Shown: positions 1 through 9,704 of the stretch, one piece after another
How positions within the stretch are numbered: position 1 is the stretch's first letter
Layout of the letters: every line of letters begins with the position of its first letter
NCBI GenBank assembly: GCA_004322085.1
Contig: SCRR01000397.1
Span: forward strand, 1,344 to 65,343
Origin: Burkholderiaceae bacterium
GTDB lineage: Bacteria; Pseudomonadota; Gammaproteobacteria; Burkholderiales; Burkholderiaceae_C
Length of the DNA: 64,000 nucleotides
Direction: 5' to 3'
Notes under the pieces: generated by a model
The model's input: only the letters and a program-made list of their open reading frames with translations
The model's database searches: none
What the model was told of the DNA's origin: nothing
Program-made: the position numbers and the translations under genes

Positions 1-447
1 GGCATCATCATTCTGGACTTCATCGACATGGACGACACAGACCACCGCGAGTCTGTGCTGGTCGAATTGAAAAAGGCGCTGAGCAAAGATCGAACCCGCA
101 TGACGATCAGCGGATTCAGTCAGTTGGGGTTGGTTGAAATGACCCGCAAGCGCACCCGTGATTCACTGGCACACCAACTGTGCGAGCCCTGCCCCACGTG
201 CGACTCGCGCGGCAACGTAAAAACGGCGCGCACGCTGTGTTATGAAATATTGCGAGAGATCCTGCGCGAATCGCGGCAATTCAACCCCAAGGAATTCCGC
301 GTCCTGGCATCCCAGGCCATTGTCGACTTATTCCTGGAAGAAGAAAGTGCGCATCTGGCCATGCTGGGCGACTTCATCGGCAAGCCGGTTTCACTGGAAG
401 TGGAAAGCGGCTACCCGCACGAACAATACGACATCGTGCTTCTTTGA
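1..447 (+). CDS. rng: Ribonuclease G (RNase E/G family), C-terminal part; the 5' end lies outside the window
   Basis: Frame 1 is open from nt 1 (GIIILDFIDMDD...). CPTCDSRG zinc-link-like motif and a C-terminal small domain typical of RNase G/CafA. Stop at 445-447. Confidence 0.85.
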   Translation, partial: GIIILDFIDMDDTDHRESVLVELKKALSKDRTRMTISGFSQLGLVEMTRKRTRDSLAHQLCEPCPTCDSRGNVKTARTLCYEILREILRESRQFNPKEFRVLASQAIVDLFLEEESAHLAMLGDFIGKPVSLEVESGYPHEQYDIVLL

Positions 448-554
448 GCATCGTTCACTCACCGCGCGAGCGCGGGCAGGCGGCTCACCCTTGCTTCTGC
501 ACACGCAACCGCTCGTGCACCGCACCGCACGCGTGACAACAAAAGGCAGACAAC

Positions 555-1019
555 CTATGGCGCCCGCTTGGCCCGCTGCGCAACACCGGGGCACACTTCG
601 GGGTGAAGAACAATATCGTACATTTCCTGGATCTGGCGGCGGTCAGGCATGTAATAGCTATAGAGCGTCGCCTGCGCCGGCTTGGCCGTCATCAGCTGCA
701 CGCCCAGCACCATCGTGGTACTCCAGCCATCGTGGCCCGGCTTCTGGCCAGCATCCATGCTTTTCATGACACGCGCATAGTTGGGGTGCACCTGATCGAC
801 CGCGAACCTGACGTGAGTGCCACAAGCCGCGTCATGCTGCAGAACGGCCCTTTGCACTTGCACAAAATCCCGAGGCAACCAGCGCTGGTCGCGTTGATAG
901 TCCTGCGTTTCCAGAGCATTCAGCCCAATGCCGCCATTCTGAGTAAGCGCACAACCGCCCAGAACAGCAAAGCCGAACGACACCAACAACAGCCTGCTCA
1001 TTTTCGTTACTTGCCTCAT
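555..1019 (-). CDS. Hypothetical lipoprotein, family not recognised
   Basis: N-terminal signal peptide with lipobox (LLLVSFGFAVLGG/C). Alternative start M7 at 1001. No catalytic motif recognised. Confidence 0.6.
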   Translation of the reverse strand: MRQVTKMSRLLLVSFGFAVLGGCALTQNGGIGLNALETQDYQRDQRWLPRDFVQVQRAVLQHDAACGTHVRFAVDQVHPNYARVMKSMDAGQKPGHDGWSTTMVLGVQLMTAKPAQATLYSYYMPDRRQIQEMYDIVLHPEVCPGVAQRAKRAP

Positions 1020-1120
1020 TTGTCACCCCAGGAAACGCGCGAGAATGTTCTGTGCGCATGATTGAAGGACCGCCCTACGAGCCCACGCCCGGCCGCGGCC
1101 AGCGTCACACTACGCCCCCG

Positions 1121-2896
1121 CTAATCCTTGAACTGCATCCGATAAAGCGATGCGTACAGGCCATTGCTTGCCAGCAAGTCCTCGTGGCGGCCCTGCTCCA
1201 CGATCCTGCCCTTATCCAGCACAACAATTTTATCGGCCTTTTGCACCGTGGATAAGCGGTGCGCTATGACAAGAGTGGTACGGCCCACCATGAGACGATC
1301 GAGCGAAGCCTGCACCTGGGCCTCGGACTCATTGTCCAGCGCCGAAGTCGCCTCGTCCAGGATAAGTACGGGAGCGTTTTTGATGAGCGCGCGAGCAATG
1401 GCCAGGCGCTGGCGCTGCCCCCCCGACAGAGTGTTGGCGTTTTCGCCGACCTGCGTGTCGAGTCCGTCCGGCAGGCTGGCGACAAAATTACTCAGATCTG
1501 CCGCCTCCAGCGCCTTATGAATATCGTCGATGCTTGCTTCGTGCAGTGCGCCATAGCCGACGTTTTCTCCAATGGTCCCGTCGAACAACACGACATCCTG
1601 GCTGACCAGCGACAACTGCCCACGCAAGCTGCGCAGCGTGCAATCAATGACGGAGTGACCATCGACAAGAACCTCACCGTGGGTGGGCACGATAAACCGC
1701 GGCAACATGTTGACCAATGTGGTTTTTCCACTGCCCGAGCGCCCGACCAGTGCCACCGTCTGCCCGGGCTCGGCCGTAAACGACACGTCCGAAATGGTAT
1801 CGTCCTGGGCCCCGTGAAACCGATGGACGATATTTCTGAATTCGACCCTGCCAGCCACGGTTCCCCTGAACTGGAACGTCCCACGGTCGTCTTCGGGAGG
1901 ATGATCCACCAGCGCAAACACACTCTCGGCGGAAACCAGCATGCGCTGCATCGCCCCTGCAATATTGGTCAAGCGCTTGAGCGGATCGAAGATCTGCCCC
2001 AATGCGGCCATGAACGCGGCAAAACTGCCCACCGTCAGCCCGCCGTGATTGGCCTGGTACAGCGCCACAGCTATGACCGCAGCCACCGACAACGCAACGA
2101 AGAACTGAGTGAGCGGCGACATGGCCGCGTTGGCGGAAGCGGCACGCATGGCGAAACGCCGCAGACGCCCGTTGACATACTTGAACCTGCCGGACTCGCG
2201 CTCGTAACCGTCAAACAACTTGACAACGCGCTGGCCATCTATCGCTTCACCGACGACATGCGTCAATTCGGCATTCATCGTGATCGTATCGCGGTTGATG
2301 CGCCGCAACCGCTTTATGAAGATGCGTGACACAAACACCGATGCAGGCAGCATCAAAAATACAATCAACGTCAACTGCCACGACATATACAGCAGCACGC
2401 CCAACAACGCCACGACAATCAGCGTTTCACGCACGACGACCGTAATGACTTCCGTCGCCAGATTAGTGACATTATTCGCATCAATGGTAAACCGGTTCAA
2501 CAACCGCCCGGTGTCGCCCCGCCTGAACTCCTCGTCGGGCAAGCCCAGCAACCGTTCGAACATCTCACGCCGTATGCCCAGCAGCATGTTATTGGCGATC
2601 CACGCAAGCACATAACCGCTGCCAAAAGTGCAGATGCCACGCACCAGCACGAGGACGATAACCAACAGCGGAATCGACCAGATGTAGGACGGTTTGTTGC
2701 CCGTGAACCCATCATCAAGTAACGGCTTCATGATGACGGCAAGTGTAGGTTGAGTGGCCGCGCTAATGCTGACCAGAATCGCCGCAACAATGGCCGCCTT
2801 CCAGTACGGTCCGAGGCGGGAGTATATACGGCGCCATAGGTCAAACTTTACGGGCTCGGAGCCCAATACGCCGGACGACGGAGACACACGGTTCAA
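1121..2896 (-). CDS. msbA: Lipid A export ABC transporter, fused permease/ATPase (MsbA)
   Basis: 591 aa. N-terminal 6-TM ABC exporter domain, Walker A GRSGSGKTT, signature LSGGQRQR, Walker B ILILDEATSALD. Confidence 0.85.
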   Translation of the reverse strand: MNRVSPSSGVLGSEPVKFDLWRRIYSRLGPYWKAAIVAAILVSISAATQPTLAVIMKPLLDDGFTGNKPSYIWSIPLLVIVLVLVRGICTFGSGYVLAWIANNMLLGIRREMFERLLGLPDEEFRRGDTGRLLNRFTIDANNVTNLATEVITVVVRETLIVVALLGVLLYMSWQLTLIVFLMLPASVFVSRIFIKRLRRINRDTITMNAELTHVVGEAIDGQRVVKLFDGYERESGRFKYVNGRLRRFAMRAASANAAMSPLTQFFVALSVAAVIAVALYQANHGGLTVGSFAAFMAALGQIFDPLKRLTNIAGAMQRMLVSAESVFALVDHPPEDDRGTFQFRGTVAGRVEFRNIVHRFHGAQDDTISDVSFTAEPGQTVALVGRSGSGKTTLVNMLPRFIVPTHGEVLVDGHSVIDCTLRSLRGQLSLVSQDVVLFDGTIGENVGYGALHEASIDDIHKALEAADLSNFVASLPDGLDTQVGENANTLSGGQRQRLAIARALIKNAPVLILDEATSALDNESEAQVQASLDRLMVGRTTLVIAHRLSTVQKADKIVVLDKGRIVEQGRHEDLLASNGLYASLYRMQFKD

Positions 2897-2965
2897 GAAT
2901 CAGCTCGCTCTTATACAATTGGGTGCATCATTTTAACGTTCTTACAGAACACATCGAAATACAGC

Positions 2966-3967
2966 TTGTCTGAACCAGAACCAATTAGCGAACGCCACCC
3001 CTTGATACCCGATTTCTCAGCCATTTATGTACGTCTGCCAAACTGGATCGGCGACGTCTGCATGAGTTTACCCAGTTTGCTCGCGCTATTGGGAACTGAA
3101 GTGCCCCTGGTGGTATGCGCACGTCCGTGGGCGAAGGACTTGCTGGCGGGCTACACCACCGCGGGATTCATCGAGATGAAGGGGCACTGGCGTGAAGACC
3201 GGGCAGCTGTCAGCACCTACCGAAAGACATCCCGCCACCATGACGCCCGCGGGCTATTGCTCCCCGATTCGCTGTCCAGCGCCATGGTGTTTCGCTTTGC
3301 GGGCATCCACTGCTGCGGCTACCGGGACGACGGCCGCAGCCTGATGCTGCGCTGGCCCGTTGCCAAGCCCACCGCGTCGCTGCACGCCGTCGAATCATGG
3401 CTCCACCTTACTTCCGAGGCCCTGCAAAGATGGAAACTGCCCGCCCCCGACAAGGCAGCCGCCTCATTGAATCTGCAACTTGCCCCCAGACACATCGAGG
3501 AAGGCCGCCAGGCAATGACCCGCGCGGGAATCGCGCCCCGACACTTTATCCTTATTGCGCCAACCGCCACCGGGCTGCACCACGGGAAAATCAAAGTATG
3601 GCCACATTTCGACGCGCTGACCCGTGCCCTGCAGCAACAGGGCCACACGGTGGTCCTATGCCCGCCCGCGCGGGAAACCGAGCAGGCCCGGCAGAACGCA
3701 CCCAGTGCCATGTGCCTGCCGCCATTGAACCTGGGCGCATTCGCCATGCTGGCCCGCAGCGCATCATTGGTAATATGTAACGATTCAGGCGTGTCGCACG
3801 TCGCGGCTGCCGCCAACGCGGAGCAACTTACGCTTTTTGGCGTCACACGGCGCGAGCGTACCGGCCCATGGTCACAAAAGGCCGTAAGCCTGGGCTCCGA
3901 AGGACACTGGCCCACTCTGGACGAAGTGCTGCGTCAGGCCCTGGCGCTTGTACCACCCAACCACTAG
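2966..3967 (+). CDS. Glycosyltransferase family 9 (LPS heptosyltransferase-like)
   Basis: 333 aa with a TTG start. N-terminal NWIGDV motif and C-terminal ICNDSGVSHVAAA motif typical of ADP-heptose:LPS heptosyltransferases. Which heptosyltransferase it is cannot be assigned. Confidence 0.75.
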   Translation: MSEPEPISERHPLIPDFSAIYVRLPNWIGDVCMSLPSLLALLGTEVPLVVCARPWAKDLLAGYTTAGFIEMKGHWREDRAAVSTYRKTSRHHDARGLLLPDSLSSAMVFRFAGIHCCGYRDDGRSLMLRWPVAKPTASLHAVESWLHLTSEALQRWKLPAPDKAAASLNLQLAPRHIEEGRQAMTRAGIAPRHFILIAPTATGLHHGKIKVWPHFDALTRALQQQGHTVVLCPPARETEQARQNAPSAMCLPPLNLGAFAMLARSASLVICNDSGVSHVAAAANAEQLTLFGVTRRERTGPWSQKAVSLGSEGHWPTLDEVLRQALALVPPNH

Positions 3968-3973
3968 ACTCGA

Positions 3974-4738
3974 ATGAATGTTTCCAGTTTCTTCACTAAC
4001 CTGATCATCCCGCTGAACCTGTGCGTCACACTGCTCGTACTGGCAGTGCTGCTCGTCATTATTCGGCGCCGCAAGACAGCGCTTGCACTAGCCGTGCTGT
4101 CGTTGTGCTGGGGGTTGTTCTGGTCTTTGCCTGCGTCATCGCTATGGGCCGGTGGGCGGCTGGAACAGCTATACCCGTATACGCCACCCCAGGACCTGCC
4201 AGCGGCTCAGGCCATCGTCGTGCTCGGCGGCAACACGGCAGGCGGCAGAAGAAACTGGTTCGAACCCTACAACAAAAATACGGCCCTCACCCGTGTCGAT
4301 ACGGCCAGCCAGCTATACGAAGCACATCGCGCACCGGTGCTGGTCCTGTCCGGCGCCGCCCTGGAAGGCAAAATCAGCGAGGCGCAGTCCATGGCCAACG
4401 CACTCGAGAAAAAAGGGATCCCGGAACAGGCCCTTATTATGGAGACAAACAGCTACAACACCCATGAGAACGGGTTGTATACGGCCCGGAAGCTAAAATC
4501 GCTGGGGATATCACGCATTCTCCTGGTCACGTCGGCCCTGCACATGCCACGCGCCATGGCCGTGTTTCGAAAGGAGGGCGTTACTGCCATAGCCGCACCG
4601 TCCTTACCCCAGATCGTTGTCCCCGACGACCCTGACTTCTCGTTCTGGCTACCCAACGCGCGGGCATTCGATGCTGCGCGCTCGATCATCAAGGAATACG
4701 CGGCACTGCTAGCCTACTGGGTCCGCGGCTGGGTCTAA
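3974..4738 (+). CDS. DUF218 (ElyC/YdcF/SanA-type) envelope biogenesis membrane protein
   Basis: 254 aa. Two N-terminal TM helices followed by a DUF218 core (IVVLGGN..., LVTSALHMPRA). Starts 7 nt after the GT9 stop. Confidence 0.75.
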   Translation: MNVSSFFTNLIIPLNLCVTLLVLAVLLVIIRRRKTALALAVLSLCWGLFWSLPASSLWAGGRLEQLYPYTPPQDLPAAQAIVVLGGNTAGGRRNWFEPYNKNTALTRVDTASQLYEAHRAPVLVLSGAALEGKISEAQSMANALEKKGIPEQALIMETNSYNTHENGLYTARKLKSLGISRILLVTSALHMPRAMAVFRKEGVTAIAAPSLPQIVVPDDPDFSFWLPNARAFDAARSIIKEYAALLAYWVRGWV

Positions 4739-4768
4739 TGCACAATCCGGCAGGGCCCCCCTGAAAAG

Positions 4769-4809
4769 GGACGACTAAACCACACATCTGGTTTATGATG
4801 TGATCGTCC
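4769..4809 (+). other. Two-tier stem-loop between the DUF218 gene and the shc module
   Basis: GGACGA (4769-4774) pairs with TCGTCC (4804-4809). The inner stem CACATC (4783-4788) pairs with GATGTG (4797-4802). A competing pairing is AAACCA (4777-4782) with TGGTTT (4789-4794). Function unknown. Confidence 0.4.
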
Positions 4810-4916
4810 TGTTGCCGCTTCATATTTTGTCATTGCAATACCTTTCGTCTCTCGAACGGCGTTTCGTACCATCGCCAAGCGACAATCAGTAAAAACTTCG
4901 TGTACTTGGGGCCAAA

Positions 4917-5795
4917 ATGGGTGCTGTCGAACCTGTCAAAGCGCATACCACCGGTTTTACTCCACAAGCAGCCGGAAGCTCCGCATCTGGCAGTTCCTTC
5001 TATACGGCCATGCGCATATTGCCGCACGGGCAGCGCATCGCCATGTACGAAATCTACTCGTTCTGCAAACAAGTCGACACTATCGCCGACGGCGGCGGGT
5101 CACGAACACAACGCCTGGAAGCGCTCAGGCAATGGCGCAGCCACATCAACAGGCTCTACGAGCAAGGCACCCGCTCTGACACACCCCACCATTTGACCAA
5201 TCTGGCGTGGTCCATTGACCACTTTTCACTTGACCAGGACGATTTCATCGCGATAATCGACGGCATGAATATGGATGTCGAAACAACAATCGTCGCGCCA
5301 GATACCCAAACACTCGACTTATACTGCGACCGTGTGGCAAGCGCGGTTGGCCGCCTGTCGGTCAAAGTCTTCGGGATGCCCAAAGACGCAGGCCGCGAAC
5401 TGGCTCATCACCTGGGCCGCGCCCTACAGCTCACCAACATCCTGCGCGACATTGACGAGGACGCCATGGTCGGCCGCGTCTACCTGCCGCACGAACTACT
5501 GCTTGCCGCAGGCCTGGACCATGCCACGCCGGCAACCATCCAGGCAAATACCCTCGATGGAGCGTGCGCGCCGCTGGTCGCGCAAGCGCGCACGCACTTC
5601 GGCATATCCCGGGACATCATGCGGCGCAGCGCACGTCGCGTGGTAGTGGCCCCCGCTATCATGGCCGCTTCTTACGAAGCCTTGCTCGACAAACTGGTCA
5701 AACGTGGATTTTCCCCGCCGCGTGAGCGCGTGCGGGTATCCAAGCTCAGTAAGGCCTGGTTTGCGCTAACTCAGCTTTTGCAATCATCCTACTGA
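4917..5795 (+). CDS. Squalene/phytoene synthase family protein, HpnD-like paralogue adjacent to shc
   Basis: 292 aa. Asp-rich motifs DTIAD (nt 5076-5090) and NILRDIDED...GRVYLP. Alignable by eye with the HpnD at 46505-47368. Its stop TGA overlaps the shc ATG (ATGA). Confidence 0.8.
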   Translation: MGAVEPVKAHTTGFTPQAAGSSASGSSFYTAMRILPHGQRIAMYEIYSFCKQVDTIADGGGSRTQRLEALRQWRSHINRLYEQGTRSDTPHHLTNLAWSIDHFSLDQDDFIAIIDGMNMDVETTIVAPDTQTLDLYCDRVASAVGRLSVKVFGMPKDAGRELAHHLGRALQLTNILRDIDEDAMVGRVYLPHELLLAAGLDHATPATIQANTLDGACAPLVAQARTHFGISRDIMRRSARRVVVAPAIMAASYEALLDKLVKRGFSPPRERVRVSKLSKAWFALTQLLQSSY

Positions 5796-7789
5796 TGAAG
5801 CCAGGCTGTACACGCGAGATCCTTGCAGGCGACAATCCGCAGCCAACGCGCCGCGACGCACGCCCAACGCTTCCAGGAAGCATTGATGCGGCATGCGGCG
5901 CCTTGCTGGGCATGCAGGCCGACGACGGCCATTGGCTGTTCGAACTCGAGGCGGATGCCACCATACCGGCGGAGTACGTTTTACTGACGCACTACCTCGG
6001 CGAAAAACCGAATCAGGCACTTGAAGCAAAAATCGCAGCCTACCTGCGCCGCATCCAGGGAAGCCACGGCGGCTGGCCGCTATTTTACGATGGCGCGTTC
6101 AACATGAGCGCCAGCGTCAAAGCCTATTTCGCATTGAAGGCCATCGGCGAATCCGTTGACGCGCCTTATATGCAACGTGCGCGCGAAGCGATACTGGCGC
6201 ATGGCGGCGCGGTGCATGCAAACATGTTCACACGCATTCTGCTCGCATTCTTTGGCGTAATCGACTGGAAAGCAGTATGCATGATGCCGCCCGAAATCAT
6301 GCTGCTGCCGAAGTGGTTTCCATTTCACCTGTCCAAGGTCTCTTACTGGGCACGTACCGTCATCGTGCCGTTGCTGGTGCTTCAGGCCTTGCGCCCGCGC
6401 GCGGCCAATCGACTGGACATAACGATAGACGAGCTGTTCATCGAATCGCCCAGGGCCATCGGGCCGGTACGCAGGGCCGAGCACCAAAACCGACTGTGGT
6501 TCGCCATCTTTGCCGGCATTGATGTTCTTCTGCACCTCGCGGACCGCTGGTTCCCCAAGAAAAGGCGTAAGCGCGCCATCGAGGCTGCCGTGCGTTTCGT
6601 GGACGAGCGCCTCAACGGCGAGGACGGTCTCGGTGCCATTTTCCCCGCAATGGCCAATGCGGTAATGATGTATGACGCACTTGGCTATCCACCGGACCAC
6701 CCACAACGTGCCACGGCAAGGCGCGCCATCGACAAACTGCTCGTCATCGGCGAGACTGAAGCGTATTGCCAGCCATGTCTTTCGCCAGTCTGGGACACTG
6801 CGCTGGCGGCGCACGCACTGATCGAGACTGGCGATCCGCGCGCCATTAAACACGCGGAACGCGGGCTGGACTGGCTCACTCCCCTGCAAATCCTCGACGT
6901 GCGTGGCGACTGGGCCTCACGCAGGCCCGACGTGCGACCGGGGGGATGGGCATTCCAGTTCGCCAACCCCCATTATCCCGACGTGGACGATACGGCAGTT
7001 GTGGCAATGGCCATGGACCGCGCAGGCAGATCACTGGGACACGACAACTACCGGCAGGCCATTGATCGCGCCTGCGACTGGGTAATCGGCATGCAAAGTC
7101 ACAATGGTGGATGGGGGGCTTTCGAATCGGAAAACACATGCTTCTATTTAAACAACATTCCTTTCTCGGATCATGGTGCGCTGCTCGATTCGCCCACCGC
7201 CGACGTCTCGGCGCGCTGTCTGTCAATGCTGTCGCAATTACCGACAACCCCCGAACGTTCAGCCTCGATGGCGCGCGCTGTCAGCTATTTGATCGACGCG
7301 CAGGAGGGGGACGGCAGCTGGTATGGACGTTGGGGCATGAACTATATCTATGGCACATGGTCCGCGCTGTGCGCGCTGCGCGCTGCCGGCCATGGGCCGG
7401 ACGCGCCAGCCATGCAACGCGGCGCACAATGGCTGCGATCCATCCAGAACAAGGACGGCGGATGGGGAGAAAATGGCGATAGCTACAAGCTTGACTATTC
7501 CGGCCACGAAACCGCACCAAGCACGCCTTCACAAACTGCCTGGGCGTTGCTCGGACTGATGGCGGCCGGAGCCGTGCACGAAGCGACAGTCGAGCGCGGC
7601 ATTGATTATTTACTGAGCACGCAAAATAAAGCCGGCCTATGGGACGAAGCATCATTCACGGCCACTGGCTTCCCACGCGTCTTCTATCTGCGCTATCACG
7701 GCTATGGCAAGTTTTTCCCGCTTTGGGCGCTGGCGCGCTATCGTAATCTGACCGGACACGACGCCCGCACCGTGCCTGGTGGAATGTAG
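5795..7789 (+). CDS. shc: Squalene-hopene cyclase
   Basis: 664 aa. Catalytic DVDDTA motif (D396 at nt 6980). Repeated QW-type motifs (GGWG/GSWYGRWG). Confidence 0.95.
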   Translation: MKPGCTREILAGDNPQPTRRDARPTLPGSIDAACGALLGMQADDGHWLFELEADATIPAEYVLLTHYLGEKPNQALEAKIAAYLRRIQGSHGGWPLFYDGAFNMSASVKAYFALKAIGESVDAPYMQRAREAILAHGGAVHANMFTRILLAFFGVIDWKAVCMMPPEIMLLPKWFPFHLSKVSYWARTVIVPLLVLQALRPRAANRLDITIDELFIESPRAIGPVRRAEHQNRLWFAIFAGIDVLLHLADRWFPKKRRKRAIEAAVRFVDERLNGEDGLGAIFPAMANAVMMYDALGYPPDHPQRATARRAIDKLLVIGETEAYCQPCLSPVWDTALAAHALIETGDPRAIKHAERGLDWLTPLQILDVRGDWASRRPDVRPGGWAFQFANPHYPDVDDTAVVAMAMDRAGRSLGHDNYRQAIDRACDWVIGMQSHNGGWGAFESENTCFYLNNIPFSDHGALLDSPTADVSARCLSMLSQLPTTPERSASMARAVSYLIDAQEGDGSWYGRWGMNYIYGTWSALCALRAAGHGPDAPAMQRGAQWLRSIQNKDGGWGENGDSYKLDYSGHETAPSTPSQTAWALLGLMAAGAVHEATVERGIDYLLSTQNKAGLWDEASFTATGFPRVFYLRYHGYGKFFPLWALARYRNLTGHDARTVPGGM

Positions 7790-7791
7790 GA

Positions 7792-8460
7792 ATGACCGGG
7801 CTCGTGGTCGTCGTCACCGGCTTGCGGTTCGAAGCCAGAATCGCGGCAGGCGGGGGTGTGCAAGTGCTGTGCCACCAGAACGCGACACTGGCCGCTCACC
7901 TGGAGGCTGCGCTCACACAGGACTGTCGCGGGATCGTCAGTTTCGGCATTGCTGGCGGCCTCGTTGATACGTTGCGGCCAGGAGAATGGGTGGTCGCACG
8001 CACATTGACCGACGGCACACGGCAAATCGATTGCGATGCCTTGTGGTCTGAATCGCTGTTGCGGGCACTGCCCACGGCACATCATGTCAACATGGTAGGT
8101 ACACGGATGCCCGCCATCACACCCGATGCCAAGCGCGCACTGCATGCGGCCACCGGCGCTGCGGCGGTCGACATGGAATCCCAAATCGTCGCCCGGATCG
8201 CTCAGGCCCGATCCATCCCATTTGTCTGCTGCCGCGTCATAGCGGACCCGGTCGAGCGGACGCTGCCAGCGGCGGCACTCGCGGGAGTCCGTAGCAACGG
8301 CTCGACCGACGCATTGGCAGTACTGGGTTCGATTGTCGCCTCGCCGGGCCAGCTGCCCGCACTGATGCAAGTCGCGCGTGATGCATGGATCGCACGCCGT
8401 GCACTGACACGCGGACGACGCAACATTGGCGCGGGCTTCGGGTTAATGCCCGGTGCATGA
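7792..8460 (+). CDS. hpnG: Hopanoid-associated phosphorylase/nucleosidase HpnG
   Basis: 222 aa PNP/MTAN-fold protein (SFGIAGGL, VDMES). Starts 3 nt after the shc stop. Confidence 0.8.
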   Translation: MTGLVVVVTGLRFEARIAAGGGVQVLCHQNATLAAHLEAALTQDCRGIVSFGIAGGLVDTLRPGEWVVARTLTDGTRQIDCDALWSESLLRALPTAHHVNMVGTRMPAITPDAKRALHAATGAAAVDMESQIVARIAQARSIPFVCCRVIADPVERTLPAAALAGVRSNGSTDALAVLGSIVASPGQLPALMQVARDAWIARRALTRGRRNIGAGFGLMPGA

Positions 8461-8486
8461 ATACGCACTCTTGACCACAAGCTCCA

Positions 8487-9704
8487 CTAACGGCCAGCCT
8501 GGGCACGCCCCTTCCACATGCCGCCTCGCCCACGCCAATGCTGAAACGCAGAGTCGAGTACGAATGCCGTATAAAGTGCTGCGATGCCCGGAAGCAACGG
8601 CCCCCACCAGATAGAACGCCCATAAAATTTCAGCATGGGCTGATACATCACTGCCATGATCAGCCACGCCAGCACACCCGCCACACGTGCGGCCCCTTCT
8701 GCAAACAGGGCAAATAGCGGTGGCACAAAAAAGGCCAAAGACAGCGCCGCCACAGCCGCAATCAGCCGCAACGGCGAATACTTGAGTTGCGCGTAAGCAG
8801 TGCGAGCCACCATTGTGCGCAATTCACCCAAACCGCTGTAGGGGCGCGCACTGGTAACACGCCTGCTAAGGCCAAGCCAAATCGCGCCTTGGGTCTTCAT
8901 GCGCGCGCCCAATGCGCAATCATCGATAATTTCTGAACGGATTGACTCCAGCCCGCCCGCCGCATCAAGTGCGTCGCGCCGCACCAGCATGCAGCCGCCG
9001 GCTGCGGCCGCAACCCGCGAATCGCGCCGATTGACCCACGCGAAGGGGTAAAGCATCTGAAAGAAAAACACGAAAGCGGGAACAAGGGCGTATTCCCAAA
9101 ACGAATCAGTACGCAGTCTCGCCATGAGCGAAACAAGCACACGATCATCGGTACGGGCACGGACGACCAGCCGCCGCACATTGTCTGACGCATGAAGGAT
9201 GTCGGCATCGGTCAACAACAGAAATTCGGGAGACCCCTGGAAGCCCGGGCGTGCCGCTGCGTCATCACAAGCGTGTGCAATACCCTGGCGCAGCGCCCAA
9301 AGCTTGCCGGTCCACCCCCGGGGCAACGAAGAGCCGTTCAATACGTCCAGCCGCTCACTTGCACCAAGGGCTTCAGCGGCGGCGCGGGCCCTTGCCGCCG
9401 TCCCGTCATCGCTGCCATCGTCGACAACGACGACCCTCAACGGACCTGCATAGTCCTGTTCAAACAGGCTTGTCACCATTGCGGCAATCGAACCTGCTTC
9501 GTTGCGTGCAGGGACCACCGCAACCACGCTTGGCCAGGCATCCGGCGTTCCGGTATTGGCTACATGCTCGGAGGACTTGTTCAAGGTCTGCCGGTCGTCT
9601 TCGCCATCTTGCTCGCGTGCGCGCCAGAATGCGCCACGTGCAACCAGCATGTAGAACCAGACGGCCAGCGATACCATGGCAACCAGCGTCGACAGCGCAG
9701 TCAA
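8487..9704 (-). CDS. hpnB: Hopene-associated family 2 glycosyltransferase HpnB
   Basis: 405 aa. N-terminal TM helix, GT2 motifs VVVDDGSDDGT and LLTDAD, C-terminal TM helices. Its TTG start overlaps the hpnA stop (TTGA). Confidence 0.8.
   Translation of the reverse strand: MTALSTLVAMVSLAVWFYMLVARGAFWRAREQDGEDDRQTLNKSSEHVANTGTPDAWPSVVAVVPARNEAGSIAAMVTSLFEQDYAGPLRVVVVDDGSDDGTAARARAAAEALGASERLDVLNGSSLPRGWTGKLWALRQGIAHACDDAAARPGFQGSPEFLLLTDADILHASDNVRRLVVRARTDDRVLVSLMARLRTDSFWEYALVPAFVFFFQMLYPFAWVNRRDSRVAAAAGGCMLVRRDALDAAGGLESIRSEIIDDCALGARMKTQGAIWLGLSRRVTSARPYSGLGELRTMVARTAYAQLKYSPLRLIAAVAALSLAFFVPPLFALFAEGAARVAGVLAWLIMAVMYQPMLKFYGRSIWWGPLLPGIAALYTAFVLDSAFQHWRGRGGMWKGRAQAGR

Noticed and set aside
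462-475. Hairpin CCGCGC-GA-GCGCGG after rng as a terminator
   Set aside because: No U-tract follows on either strand. It is not a convincing intrinsic terminator.
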